This document shows positions 51,334-64,000 of a stretch of 64,000 bases of DNA, piece by piece (positions within the stretch are counted from its first letter, which is position 1; every line of letters begins with the position of its first letter). Position numbers and translations under genes: made by a program. Under the pieces are notes generated by a model. The model made no database searches and was not told where the DNA came from. It saw only the letters and a program-made list of their open reading frames with translations. Source of the stretch: the human T2T-CHM13v2.0 reference genome, Homo sapiens. The stretch is from assembly GCF_009914755.1 (NCBI RefSeq), contig NC_060948.1; one strand, given 5' to 3'.

Positions 51334-54300
51334 ATAGAATGAAAGAGAATCAAATGGAATTGAATCGAATGCAATCGAATGGATTGGAAAGGAATAGAAT
51401 GGAATGGAATGGAATTGACTCAAATGGAATGGACTAGAATGGAATGGATTCGAATGGAAGGCAAAGGAATGGAATCTATTGGAATGGACAGCAATGGAAT
51501 GGAAAGGAAGGGATTGGAATGGACTCGAATGGAATGGACTGCAATAGAAAGGATTCGAATGGAATGAAAAAGAATTGAATGGAATAGAACAGAATGGAAT
51601 CAAATCGAATGAAATGGAATGGAATAGAAAGGAATGGAATGAAATGGAATGGAAAGGATTCGAATGGAATGCAATCGAATGGAATGGAATCGAACGGAAT
51701 GGAATAAAATGGAAGAAAACTGGCAAGAAATGGAATCGAAATGAATGGAGTGTTATGGAACGGACTCCAAAGGAATTGAATGTAATAGAATGGAGTGGAG
51801 TGGACTCGAATATAATGGACTGGAATGGAATGAAATCACATGGAATGGGAACGAATGGAATGGAATGGAAAGGAATGGAATCGAATGGAAAGGAATCGAA
51901 TGGAAGGGAATGAAATTGAATCAACAGGAATGGAAGGGAATAGAATAGACGGTAATGGAATGGACTCGAATAGAATGGACACGAATGCTCAAATTGAATG
52001 GACTCGAATGGAATGGAAACGAAAGGAATGTCATCGAATGGAATTGTATCGATTGGAATGAAATCGCATAGAATGGAGTGGAATCAAATGGAATTGAATC
52101 GAAAGGAAAGGAAGCGAATGGACTGAAATGAAATGGAATGGAATTGAATGGAAAGTAAAGCAATGGAATGGAATGGAACGAAATTTCACGGAATGGAATC
52201 AAACTGAATGGAATCAAATCAATGGAATATAATCAAATGGAATGGAAAGGAATTGAATGGAGTAGATGGGATTGGATGGGATTGGAATGAAATGTACTGG
52301 AAAGGACTCGAATTTCATGAAACGGAATGGAATGAATTGGAACGGAATGGACTCGAATGGAATGGAATGTGATGGAATGGCATCAAATGGAATGGCATCA
52401 AATGGAATGGAATGGAATGCTATGGAATGGAATGGAATGCATTGGAATGGAATGTCCTCTAATGGAATGGATTCGAGTGGAATGGAATCGAATATAATGG
52501 AGTCGAATGAAATGGAATTGAAAGGAATGGGATCGAATACAATGGAATATACTGGAATGTAATGTAATGAACTCGAATGTAATTGACTGGAATGGAATGT
52601 ACATGAATGGAATGTAATCGAATGGAAAGTAATCCAATGGAATAGAATCTAATGCAATAAAATCGACTCAGATAGAGTAGAATGTAATGGAATGGAGTGC
52701 AGTGCAATGGAATGGAATGGAATGGAATGCAATGGAATGGAATGGAATGGGATGGAATGGTATGGAATGGATAGTAATGGACTGGAGTGAAATGGACTGG
52801 AAAGGAATGGACTCAAATTGAAAGGGCTCGAAAGGAATGGAGTCAAATGGAATGGTCTGGAATGGAATGAACACGAATGTAATGCAATCCAATAGAATGG
52901 AATCGAATGGCATGGAATATAAAGAAATGGAATCGAAGAGAATGGAAACAAACGGAATGGAATTGAATGGAATGGAATTGAATGGAATGGGAACGAATGG
53001 AGTGAAATTGTATGCAGTAGAAGAGAATAGAATGGAATGCAAGCGAAAGGAAAGGAATGGATTGGAATGGAATGGAATTCATGGGAATGGAAGGGAATGT
53101 AGTGTAATGGACAGGCCTGGAATAAAGTGGAATGCTACGGTCTCGAATGGAATAAAAATGTATGGAATGGAATGCAAAGAAAGGGAATCGAATGTCATAG
53201 AATGTAATGGAATGCAAAAAAATGGACTCCAAAATCATTGACTGGAAAGGCTGGGTGTCGAAAGGAATTGACTCCAATGGAATGGAATCGATTGGAATGG
53301 AAGTGAATAGAATCGAACTAAATCGAATGGAATGGAATTGATAGGAACGGAATGGAAAGGAATGAAATGATTTGGCATGGAATTGAGTCGAATGGCATCG
53401 AATGGAATGGAATGGAATGCAATGCAATGGAATGTATTAGAATGTAATGAACTTTAATGGAATGTACTCGAATGGATTCGACTGGAATGGAATGTTCTGG
53501 AAGTGAATGGACTCCAATGGAATGAATTGAAAAGGAATGGAATCGTACGGAATGGAATCTAATGGAATGGAATTAAATGGAAATGAATGAAATTGAATAG
53601 CACGGAATTGAATTGAATGGAATCGAATGCAATGGAATCTAATGAAACGGAAAGGAAAGGAATGGAATGGAATGGAATGGGCTGGAATGGAAAGGAATCG
53701 AAACGAATGGAATGGAATCGAACTGAAGAGACTGGAATGGAATGCACTGGATTGGAAGGGAGTGTAATGGAAGGTTCTCGAAAAAAATGGAATCGAATGG
53801 AATGGAATTGAATGGAACGGAATAGAGTCGAATGGAATTGAATGGAATGGAATGGACTAGAGTGAAATGGAATCGAACCACAAGGAATGGACAGGAATAG
53901 AATGGTCTCGAATTGAATGGAATCGTATGGAATGGCATCAAACGGAATGGAATGGACAGCCACGGAATGGAATGCACTCGAATGCAATGGAGTCGAAACT
54001 AATGGACTGGAACAGAATGGACTCGACTGGTACGGACTCCAATGGAATGGAATCGAATGGAAGGGAATCGAACGGAATGGACTCGAAGGGAAAAGACTGC
54101 AATGGAAAGGTCTCGAATGGAATGGAAATTAATGGAATGGAATGGAATCGAATGAAATGGAGTCAAAAGGAATGGAATCGAATGGCAAGAAATCGAATGT
54201 AATGGAATCGCAAGGAATTGATGTGAACGGAACGGAATGGAATGGAATCCAAAGAAATGGAATAGAATGGAATGGAATCGAATGGAAAGAACTCGAATGG

Positions 54301-54857
54301 AAATCACTCGAATAGAATGCAATTTAATAAAATAGGATGAAATGTAATGGAATGGAATGGAAAGGAATCGAAACGAAAGGAATGGAGACAGATGGAATGG
54401 AATGGAACAGAGAGCAATGGTATAGAATGGAATGGAATCATCTGGAATGCTATTGAATGGAATGGAATAATATGAAATGGAATGGAATGGAATGGAATGC
54501 CCTTGAATTAAATGGACTGGAATGGAATGGACTCGAACAGAGTGGAATGGAAAGTGTTGAGATAGAATGGAATGGACTCCTTTGGAATGGTCTAGTATGC
54601 AATGCAATGGACTGGCAGGGAATCAAAAGGAATGTAATCGAATGGATTGGACTGGAATGCAATGGACTCGAATAGATTGGAAACGGAATGCAAAGGAATG
54701 GAATGGAATAGTATGGAATGGAATGGAAAGGAATGGAGTGGAATAGACTAGAGTGGAATGGAATGGACTCGAAAGCAATGGACTGGAATGGAACTTTCTT
54801 GAATGGACTGGAATCAAACGGAATGGAATGCAATGCAATCAAATGGCATGGAATAAA
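51334..54857 (+). repeat. Unit U16 (3524 bp)
   Basis: Spacing 51379->54903; -10 bp at ~52410. Confidence 0.92.
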
Positions 54858-57800
54858 ATAGAATGAAAGAGAATCAAATGGAATTGAATCGAATGGAATC
54901 GAATGGATTGGAAAGGAATAGAATGGAATGGAATGGAATTGACTCAAATGGAATGGACTAGAATGGAATGGATTCGAATGGAAGGCAAAGGAATGGAATC
55001 TATTAGAATGGACAGCAATGGAATGGAAAGGAAGGGATTGGAATGGACTCGAATGGAATGGACTGCAATAGAAAGGATTCGAATGGAATGAAAAAGAATT
55101 GAATGGAATAGAACAGAATGGAATCAAATCGAATGAAATGGAATGGAATAGAAAGGAATGGAATGAAATGGAATGGAAAGGATTCGAATGGAATGCAATC
55201 GAATGGAATGGAATCGAACGTAATGGAATAAAATGGAAGAAAACTGGCAAGAAATGGAATCGAAATGAATGGAGTGTTATGGAACGGACTCCAAAGGAAT
55301 TGAATGTAATAGAATGGAGTGGAGTGGACTCGAATATAATGGACTGGAATGGAATGAAATCACATGGAATGGGAACGAATGGAATGGAATGGAAAGGAAT
55401 GGAATCGAATGGAAAGGAATCGAATGGAAGGGAATGAAATTGAATCAACAGGAATGGAAGGGAATAGAATAGACGGTAATGGAATGGACTCGAATAGAAT
55501 GGACACGAATGCTCAAATTGAATGGACTCGAATGGAATGGAAACGAAAGGAATGTCATCGAATGGAATTGAATCGATTGGAATGAAATCGCATAGAATGG
55601 AGTGGAATCAAATGGAATTGAATCGAAAGGAAAGGAAGCGAATGGACTGAAATGAAATGGAATGGAATTGAATGGAAAGTAAAGCAATGGAATAGAATGG
55701 AACGAAATTTCACGGAATGGAATCAAACTGAATGGAATCAAATCAATGGAATATAATCAAATGGAATGGAAAGGAATTGAATGGAGTAGATGGGATTGGA
55801 TGGGATTGGAATGAAATGTACTGGAAAGGACTCGAATTTCATGAAACGGAATGGAATGAATTGGAACGGAATGGACTCGAATGGAATGGAATGTCATGGA
55901 ATGGCATCAAATGGAATGGAATCGAATGCAATGGAATGCTATGGAATGGAATGGAATGCATTGGAATGGAATGTCCTCTAATGGAATGGATTCGAGTGGA
56001 ATGGAATCGAATATAATGGAGTCGAATGAAATGGAATTGAAAGGAATGGGATCGAATACAATGGAATATACTGGAATGTAATGTAATGAACTCGAATGTA
56101 ATTGACTGGAATGGAATGTACATGAATGGAATGTAATCGAATGGAAAGTAATCCAATGGAATAGAATCTAATGCAATAAAATCGACTCAGATAGAGTAGA
56201 ATGTAATGGAATGGAGTGCAGTGCAATGGAATGGAATGGAATGGAATGCAATGGAATGGAATGGAATGGGATGGAATGGTATGGAATGGATAGTAATGGA
56301 CTGGAGTGAAATGGACTGGAAAGGAATGGACTCAAATTGAAAGGGCTCGAAAGGAATGGAGTCAAATGGAATGGTCTGGAATGGAATGAACACGAATGTA
56401 ATGCAATCCAATAGAATGGAATCGACTGGCATGGAATATAAAGAAATGGAATCGAAGAGAATGGAAACAAACGGAATGGAATTGAATGGAATGGAATTGA
56501 ATGGAATGGGAACGAATGGAGTGAAATTGTATGCAGTAGAAGAGAATAGAATGGAATGCAAGCGAAAGGAAAGGAATGGATTGGAATGGAATGGAATTCA
56601 TTGGAATGGAAGGGAATGTAGTGTAATGGACAGGCCTGGAATAAAGTGGAATGCTACGGTCTCGAATGGAATAAAAATGTATGGAATGGAATGCAATGAA
56701 ACGGAATCGAATGTCATAGAATGTAATGGAATGCAAAAAAATGGACTCCAAAATCATTGACTGGAAAGGCTGGGTGTCGAAAGGAATTGACTCCAATGGA
56801 ATGGAATCGAATGGAATGGAAGTGAATAGAATCGAACTAAATCGAATGGAATGGAATTGATAGGAACGGAATGGAAAGGAATGAAATGATTTGGCATGGA
56901 ATGGAATCGAATGGCATCGAATGGAATGGAATGGAATGCAATGCAATGGAATGTATTAGAATGTAATGAACTTTAATGGAATGTACTCGAATGGATTCGA
57001 CTGGAATGGAATGTTCTGGAAGTGAATGGACTCCAATGGAATGGATTGAAAAGGAATGGAATCGTACGGAATGGAATCTAATGGAATGGAATTAAATGGA
57101 AATGAATGAAATTGAATAGCACGGAATTGAATTGAATGGAATCGAATGCAATGGAATCTAATGAAACGGAAAGGAAAGGAATGGAATGGAATGGAATGGG
57201 CTGGAATGGAAAGGAATCGAAACGAATGGAATGGAATCGAACTGAAGAGACTGGAATGGAATGCACTGGAATGGAAGGGAGTGTAATGGAAGGTTCTCGA
57301 AAAAAATGGAATCGAATGGAATGGAATTGAATGGAACGGAATAGAGTCGAATGGAATTGAATGGAATGGAATGGACTAGAGTGAAATGGAATCGAACCAC
57401 AAGGAATGGACAGGAATAGAATGGTCTCGAATTGAATGGAATCGTATGGAATGGCATCAAACGGAATGGAATGGACAGCCACGGAATGGAATGCACTCGA
57501 ATGCAATGGAGTCGAAACTAATGGACTGGAATAGAATGGACTCGACTGGTACGGACTCCAATGGAATGGAATCGAATGGAAGGGAATCGAACGGAATGGA
57601 CTCGAAGGGAAAAGACTGCAATGGAAAGGTCTCGAATGGAATGGAAATTAATGGAATGGAATGGAATCGAATGAAATGGAGTCAAAAGGAATGGAATCGA
57701 ATGGCAAGAAATCGAATGTAATGGAATCGCAAGGAATTGATGTGAACGGAACGGAATGGAATGGAATCCAAAGAAATGGAATAGAATGGAATGGAATCGA

Positions 57801-58376
57801 ATGGAAAGAACTCGAATGGAAATCACTCGAATAGAATGCAATTTAATAAAATAGGATGAAATGTAATGGAATGGAATGGAAAGGAATCGAAACGAAAGGA
57901 ATGGAGACAGATGGAATGGAATGGAACAGAGAGCAATGGTATAGAATGGAATGGAATCATCTGGAATGGAATTGAATGGAATGGAATAATATGAAATGGA
58001 ATGGAATGGAATGGAATGCCCTTGAATTAAATGGACTGGAATGGAATGGACTCGAACAGAGTGGAATGGAAAGTGTTGAGATAGAATGGAATGGACTCCT
58101 TTGGAATGGTCTAGTATGCAATGCAATGGACTGGCAGGGAATCAAAAGGAATGTAATCGAATGAATTGGACTGGAATGCAATGGACTCGAATAGATTGGA
58201 AACGGAATGCAAAGGAATGGAATGGAATAGTATGGAATGGAATGGAAAGGAATGGAGTGGAATAGACTAGAGTGGAATGGAATGGACTCGAAAGCAATGG
58301 ACTGGAATGGAACTTTCTTGAATGGACTGGAATCAAACGGAATGGAATGCAATGCAATCAAATGGCATGGAATAAA
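54858..58376 (+). repeat. Unit U17 (3519 bp)
   Basis: Spacing 54903->58422; -15 bp at ~55910. Confidence 0.92.
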
Positions 58377-61300
58377 ATAGAATGAAAGAGAATCAAATGG
58401 AATTGAATCGAATGCAATCGAATGGATTGGAAAGGAATAGAATGGAATGGAATGGAATTGACTCAAATGGAATGGACTAGAATGGAATGGATTCGAATGG
58501 AAGGCAAAGGAATGGAATCTATTGGAATGGACAGCAATGGAATGGAAAGGAAGGGATTGGAATGGACTCGAATGGAATGGACTGCAATAGAAAGGATTCG
58601 AATGGAATGAAAAAGAATTGAATGGAATAGAACAGAATGGAATCAAATCGAATGAAATGGAATGGAATAGAAAGGAATGGAATGAAATGGAATGGAAAGG
58701 ATTCGAATGGAATGCAATCGAATGGAATGGAATCGAACGGAATGGAATAAAATGGAAGAAAACTGGCAAGAAATGGAATCGAAATGAATGGAGTGTTATG
58801 GAACGGACTCCAAAGGAATTGAATGTAATAGAATGGAGTGGAGTGGACTCGAATATAATGGACTGGAATGGAATGAAATCACATGGAATGGGAACGAATG
58901 GAATGGAATGGAAAGGAATGGAATCGAATGGAAAGGAATCGAATGGAAGGGAATGAAATTGAATCAACAGGAATGGAAGGGAATAGAATAGACGGTAATG
59001 GAATGGACTCGAATAGAATGGACACGAATGCTCAAATTGAATGGACTCGAATGGAATGGAAACGAAAGGAATGTCATCGAATGGAATTGAATCGATTGGA
59101 ACGAAATCGCATAGAATGGAGTGGAATCAAATGGAATTGAATCGAAAGGAAAGGAAGCGAATGGACTGAAATGAAATGGAATGGAATTGAATGGAAAGTA
59201 AAGCAATGGAATAGAATGGAACGAAATTTCACGGAATGGAATCAAACTGAATGGAATCAAATCAATGGAATATAATCAAATGGAATGGAAAGGAATTGAA
59301 TGGAGTAGATGGGATTGGATGGGATTGGAATGAAATGTACTGGAAAGGACTCGAATTTCATGAAACGGAATGGAATGAATTGGAACGGAATGGACTCGAA
59401 TGGAATGGAATGTCATGGAATGGCATCAAATGGAATGGAATCGAATGCAATGGAATGCTATGGAATGGAATGGAATGCATTGGAATGGAATGTCCTCTAA
59501 TGGAATGGATTCGAGTGGAATGGAATCGAATATAATGGAGTCGAATGAAATGGAATTGAAAGGAATGGGATCGAATACAATGGAATATACTGGAATGTAA
59601 TGTAATGAACTCGAATGTAATTGACTGGAATGGAATGTACATGAATGGAATGTAATCGAATGGAAAGTAATCCAATGGAATAGAATCTAATGCAATAAAA
59701 TCGACTCAGATAGAGTAGAATGTAATGGAATGGAGTGCAGTGCAATGGAATGGAATGGAATGGAATGCAATGGAATGGAATGGAATGGGATGGAATGGTA
59801 TGGAATGGATAGTAATGGACTGGAGTGAAATGGACTGGAAAGGAATGGACTCAAATTGAAAGGGCTCGAAAGGAATGGAGTCAAATGGAATGGTCTGGAA
59901 TGGAATGAACACGAATGTAATGCAATCCAATAGAATGGAATCGACTGGCATGGAATATAAAGAAATGGAATCGAAGAGAATGGAAACAAACGGAATGGAA
60001 TTGAATGGAATGGAATTGAATGGAATGGGAACGAATGGAGTGAAATTGTATGCAGTAGAAGAGAATAGAATGGAATGCAAGCGAAAGGAAATGAATGGAT
60101 TGGAATGGAATGGAATTCATTGGAATGGAAGGGAATGTAGTGTAATGGACAGGCCTGGAATAAAGTGGAATGCTACGGTCTCGAATGGAATAAAAATGTA
60201 TGGAATGGAATGCAATGAAACGGAATCGAATGTCATAGAATGTAATGGAATGCAAAAAAATGGACTCCAAAATCATTGACTGGAAAGGCTGGGTGTCGAA
60301 AGGAATTGACTCCAATGGAATGGAATCGAATGGAATGGAAGTGAATAGAATCGAACTAAATCGAATGGAATGGAATTGATAGGAACGGAATGGAAAGGAA
60401 TGAAATGATTTGGCATGGAATGGAATCGAATGGCATCGAATGGAATGGAATGGAATGCAATGCAATGGAATGTATTAGAATGTAATGAACTTTAATGGAA
60501 TGTACTCGAATGGATTCGACTGGAATGGAATGTTCTGGAAGTGAATGGACTCCAATGGAATGGATTGAAAAGGAATGGAATCGTACGGAATGGAATCTAA
60601 TGGAATGGAATTAAATGGAAATGAATGAAATTGAATAGCACGGAATTGAATTGAATGGAATCGAATGCAATGGAATCTAATGAAACGGAAAGGAAAGGAA
60701 TGGAATGGAATGGAATGGGCTGGAATGGAAAGGAATCGAAACGAATGGAATGGAATCGAACTGAAGAGACTGGAATGGAATGCACTGGAATGGAAGGGAG
60801 TGTAATGGAAGGTTCTCGAAAAAAATGGAATCGAATGGAATGGAATTGAATGGAACGGAATAGAGTCGAATGGAATTGAATGGAATGGAATGGACTAGAG
60901 TGAAATGGAATCGAACCACAAGGAATGGACAGGAATAGAATGGTCTCGAATTGAATGGAATCGTATGGAATGGCATCAAACGGAATGGAATGGACAGCCA
61001 CGGAATGGAATGCACTCGAATGCAATGGAGTCGAAACTAATGGACTGGAATAGAATGGACTCGACTGGTACGGACTCCAATGGAATGGAATCGAATGGAA
61101 GGGAATCGAACGGAATGGACTCGAAGGGAAAAGACTGCAATGGAAAGGTCTCGAATGGAATGGAAATTAATGGAATGGAATGGAATCGAATGAAATGGAG
61201 TCAAAAGGAATGGAATCGAATGGCAAGAAATCGAATGTAATGGAATCGCAAGGAATTGATGTGAACGGAACGGAATGGAATGGAATCCAAAGAAATGGAA

Positions 61301-61895
61301 TAGAATGGAATGGAATCGAATGGAAAGAACTCGAATGGAAATCACTCGAATAGAATGCAATTTAATAAAATAGGATGAAATGTAATGGAATGGAATGGAA
61401 AGGAATCGAAACGAAAGGAATGGAGACAGATGGAATGGAATGGAACAGAGAGCAATGGTATAGAATGGAATGGAATCATCTGGAATGGAATTGAATGGAA
61501 TGGAATAATATGAAATGGAATGGAATGGAATGGAATGCCCTTGAATTAAATGGACTGGAATGGAATGGACTCGAACAGAGTGGAATGGAAAGTGTTGAGA
61601 TAGAATGGAATGGACTCCTTTGGAATGGTCTAGTATGCAATGCAATGGACTGGCAGGGAATCAAAAGGAATGTAATCGAATGGATTGGACTGGAATGCAA
61701 TGGACTCGAATAGATTGGAAACGGAATGCAAAGGAATGGAATGGAATAGTATGGAATGGAATGGAAAGGAATGGAGTGGAATAGACTAGAGTGGAATGGA
61801 ATGGACTCGAAAGCAATGGACTGGAATGGAACTTTCTTGAATGGACTGGAATCAAACGGAATGGAATGCAATGCAATCAAATGGCATGGAATAAA
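58377..61895 (+). repeat. Unit U18 (3519 bp)
   Basis: Spacing 58422->61941; -15 bp at ~59430. Confidence 0.92.
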
Positions 61896-64000
61896 ATAGA
61901 ATGAAAGAGAATCAAATGGAATTGAATCGAATGCAATCGAATGGATTGGAAAGGAATAGAATGGAATGGAATGGAATTGACTCAAATGGAATGGACTAGA
62001 ATGGAATGGATTCGAATGGAAGGCAAAGGAATGGAATCTATTGGAAGGGGCAGCAATGGAATGGAAAGGAAGGGATTGGAATGGACTCGAATGGAATGGA
62101 CTGCAATAGAAAGGATTCGAATGGAATGAAAAAGAATTGAATGGAATAGAACAGAATGGAATCAAATCGAATGAAATGGAATGGAATAGAAAGGAATGGA
62201 ATGAAATGGAATGGAAAGGATTCGAATGGAATGCAATCGAATGGAATGGAATCGAACGGAATGGAATAAAATGGAAGCAAACTGGCAAGAAATGGAATCG
62301 AAATGAATGGAGTGTTATGGAACGGACTCAAAAGGAATTGAATGTAATAGAATGGAGTGGAGTGGACTCGAATATAATGGACTGGAATGGAATGAAATCA
62401 CATGGAATGGGAACGAATGGAATGGAATGGAAAGGAATGGAATCGAATGGAAAGGAATCGAATGGAAGGGAATGAAATTGAATCAACAGGAATGGAAGGG
62501 AATAGAATAGACGGTAATGGAATGGACTCGAATAGAATGGACACGAATGCTCAAATTGAATGGACTCGAATGGAATGGAAACGAAAGGAATGTCATCGAA
62601 TGGAATTGAATCGATTGGAATGAAATGGCATAGAATGGAGTGGAATCAAATGGAATTGAATCGAAAGGAAAGGAAGCGAATGGACTGAAATGAAATGGAA
62701 TGGAATTGAATGGAAAGTAAAGCAATGGAATAGAATGGAACGAAATTTCACGGAATGGAATCAAACTGAATGGAATCAAATCAATGGAATATAACCAAAT
62801 GGAATGGAAAGGAATTGAATGGAGTAGATGGGATTGGATGGGATTGGAATGAAATGTACTGGAAAGGACTCGAATTTCATGAAACGGAATGGAATGAATT
62901 GGAACGGAATGGACTCGAATGGAATGGAATGTCATGGAATGGCATCAAATGGAATGGCATCAAATGGAATGGAATCGAATGCAATGGAATGCTATGGAAT
63001 GGAATGGAATGCATTGGAATGGAATGTCCTCTAATGGAATGGATTCGAGTGGAATGGAATCGAATATAATGGAGTCGAATGAAATGGAATTGAAAGGAAT
63101 GGGATCGAATACAATGGAATATACTGGAATGTAATGTAATGAACTCGAATGTAATTGACTGGAATGGAATGTACATGAATGGAATGTAATCGAATGGAAA
63201 GTAATCCAATGGAATAGAATCTAATGCAATAAAATCGACTCAGATAGAGTAGAATGTAATGGAATGGAGTGCAGTGCAATGGAATGGAATGGAATGGAAT
63301 GCAATGGAATGGAATGGAATGGGATGGAATGGTATGGAATGGATAGTAATGGACTGGAGTGAAATGGACTGGAAAGGAATGGACTCAAATTGAAAGGGCT
63401 CGAAAGGAATGGAGTCAAATGGAATGGTCTGGAATGGAATGAACACGAATGCAATGCAATCCAATAGAATGGAATCGACTGGCATGGAATATAAAGAAAT
63501 GGAATCGAAGAGAATGGAAACAAACGGAATGGAATTGAATGGAATGGAATTGAATGGAATGGGAACGAATGGAGTGAAATTGTATGCAGTAGAAGAGAAT
63601 AGAATGGAATGCAAGCGAAAGGAAAGGAATGGATTGGAATGGAATGGAATTCATTGGAATGGAAGGGAATGTAGTGTAATGGACAGGCCTGGAATAAAGT
63701 GGAATGCTACGGTCTCGAATGGAATAAAAATGTATGGAATGGAATGCAATGAAACGGAATCGAATGTCATAGAATGTAATGGAATGCAAAAAAATGGACT
63801 CCAAAATCATTGACTGGAAAGGCTGGGTGTTGAAAGGAATTGACTCCAATGGAATGGAATCGAATGGAATGGAAGTGAATAGAATCGAACTAAATCGAAT
63901 GGAATGGAATTGATAGGAACGGAATGGAAAGGAATGAAATGATTTGGCATGGAATGGAATCGAATGGCATCGAATGGAATGGAATGGAATGCAATGCAAT
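61896..64000 (+). repeat. Unit U19, partial (cut by window end)
   Basis: Landmark at 61941; collinear with other units up to 64000. Confidence 0.92.

Larger units (their letters stand above)
1..64000 (+). repeat. DYZ1: Human satellite 3 (GGAAT)n array, DYZ1 (Yq12) ~3.5 kb higher-order repeat
   Basis: Diverged GGAAT/CGAAT/GGACT pentamers run end to end. The same landmark ORF recurs at 46, 3619, 7153, 10686 etc. (modal period 3534 bp). Each full unit has one GGCC (in AGGCCT, e.g. 1830-1835) and a conserved GAATTC (e.g. 1792-1797), matching the classical ~3.4-3.5 kb HaeIII/EcoRI male-specific repeat. The sequences at 1695-1717 (TTGAATGGAATGGGAACGAATGG) and 1826-1848 (GGACAGGCCTGGAATAAAGTGGA) match, from memory, widely used DYZ1 sexing-PCR primer sites. 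Confidence 0.96.

Noticed and set aside
46-63813. Plus-strand MEWNG-rich ORFs of 60-134 aa
   Set aside because: Direct translation of (GGAAT)n, with ATG present in most pentamers; no evidence of coding constraint.
1-64000. CRISPR-like or other repeat-spacer system
   Set aside because: No constant repeat with unique spacers; entire 3.5-kb units are repeated, and there are no associated genes.
1-64000. DYZ2/Alu/L1 insertion or orientation switch
   Set aside because: No AT-rich DYZ2-like, Alu-like or CATTC-oriented segment was seen anywhere in the window.

Overview
The whole 64 kb window is one uninterrupted tandem array of diverged (GGAAT)n pentamers (human satellite 3), with the GGAAT strand on + throughout. 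The pentamers are organised into a ~3.53 kb higher-order unit with one HaeIII/StuI site and one conserved EcoRI site per unit, which identifies it as the human Y-chromosome DYZ1 repeat (Yq12 heterochromatin). It holds 17 full-length units (3509-3573 bp, modal 3534), one 1844-bp truncated unit and a terminal partial unit. I found no credible gene, RNA gene, transposon or inversion; all ORFs are translation artefacts of the pentamer. I see no evidence of a new coding system. The notable signals are structural and regulatory: (1) three textbook heat-shock elements (nGAAnnTTCnnGAAn) per unit, ~50 in the window; (2) a 1690-bp in-register rearrangement with a microhomology junction at ~15365; (3) a near-perfect 7068-bp two-unit tandem duplication (~25-39 kb); (4) older long-range and local copy relationships between units; (5) indel hot spots, four fixed pentamer phase shifts per unit, and clustered multi-nucleotide changes. 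All variant comparisons were made by eye and need alignment to confirm.
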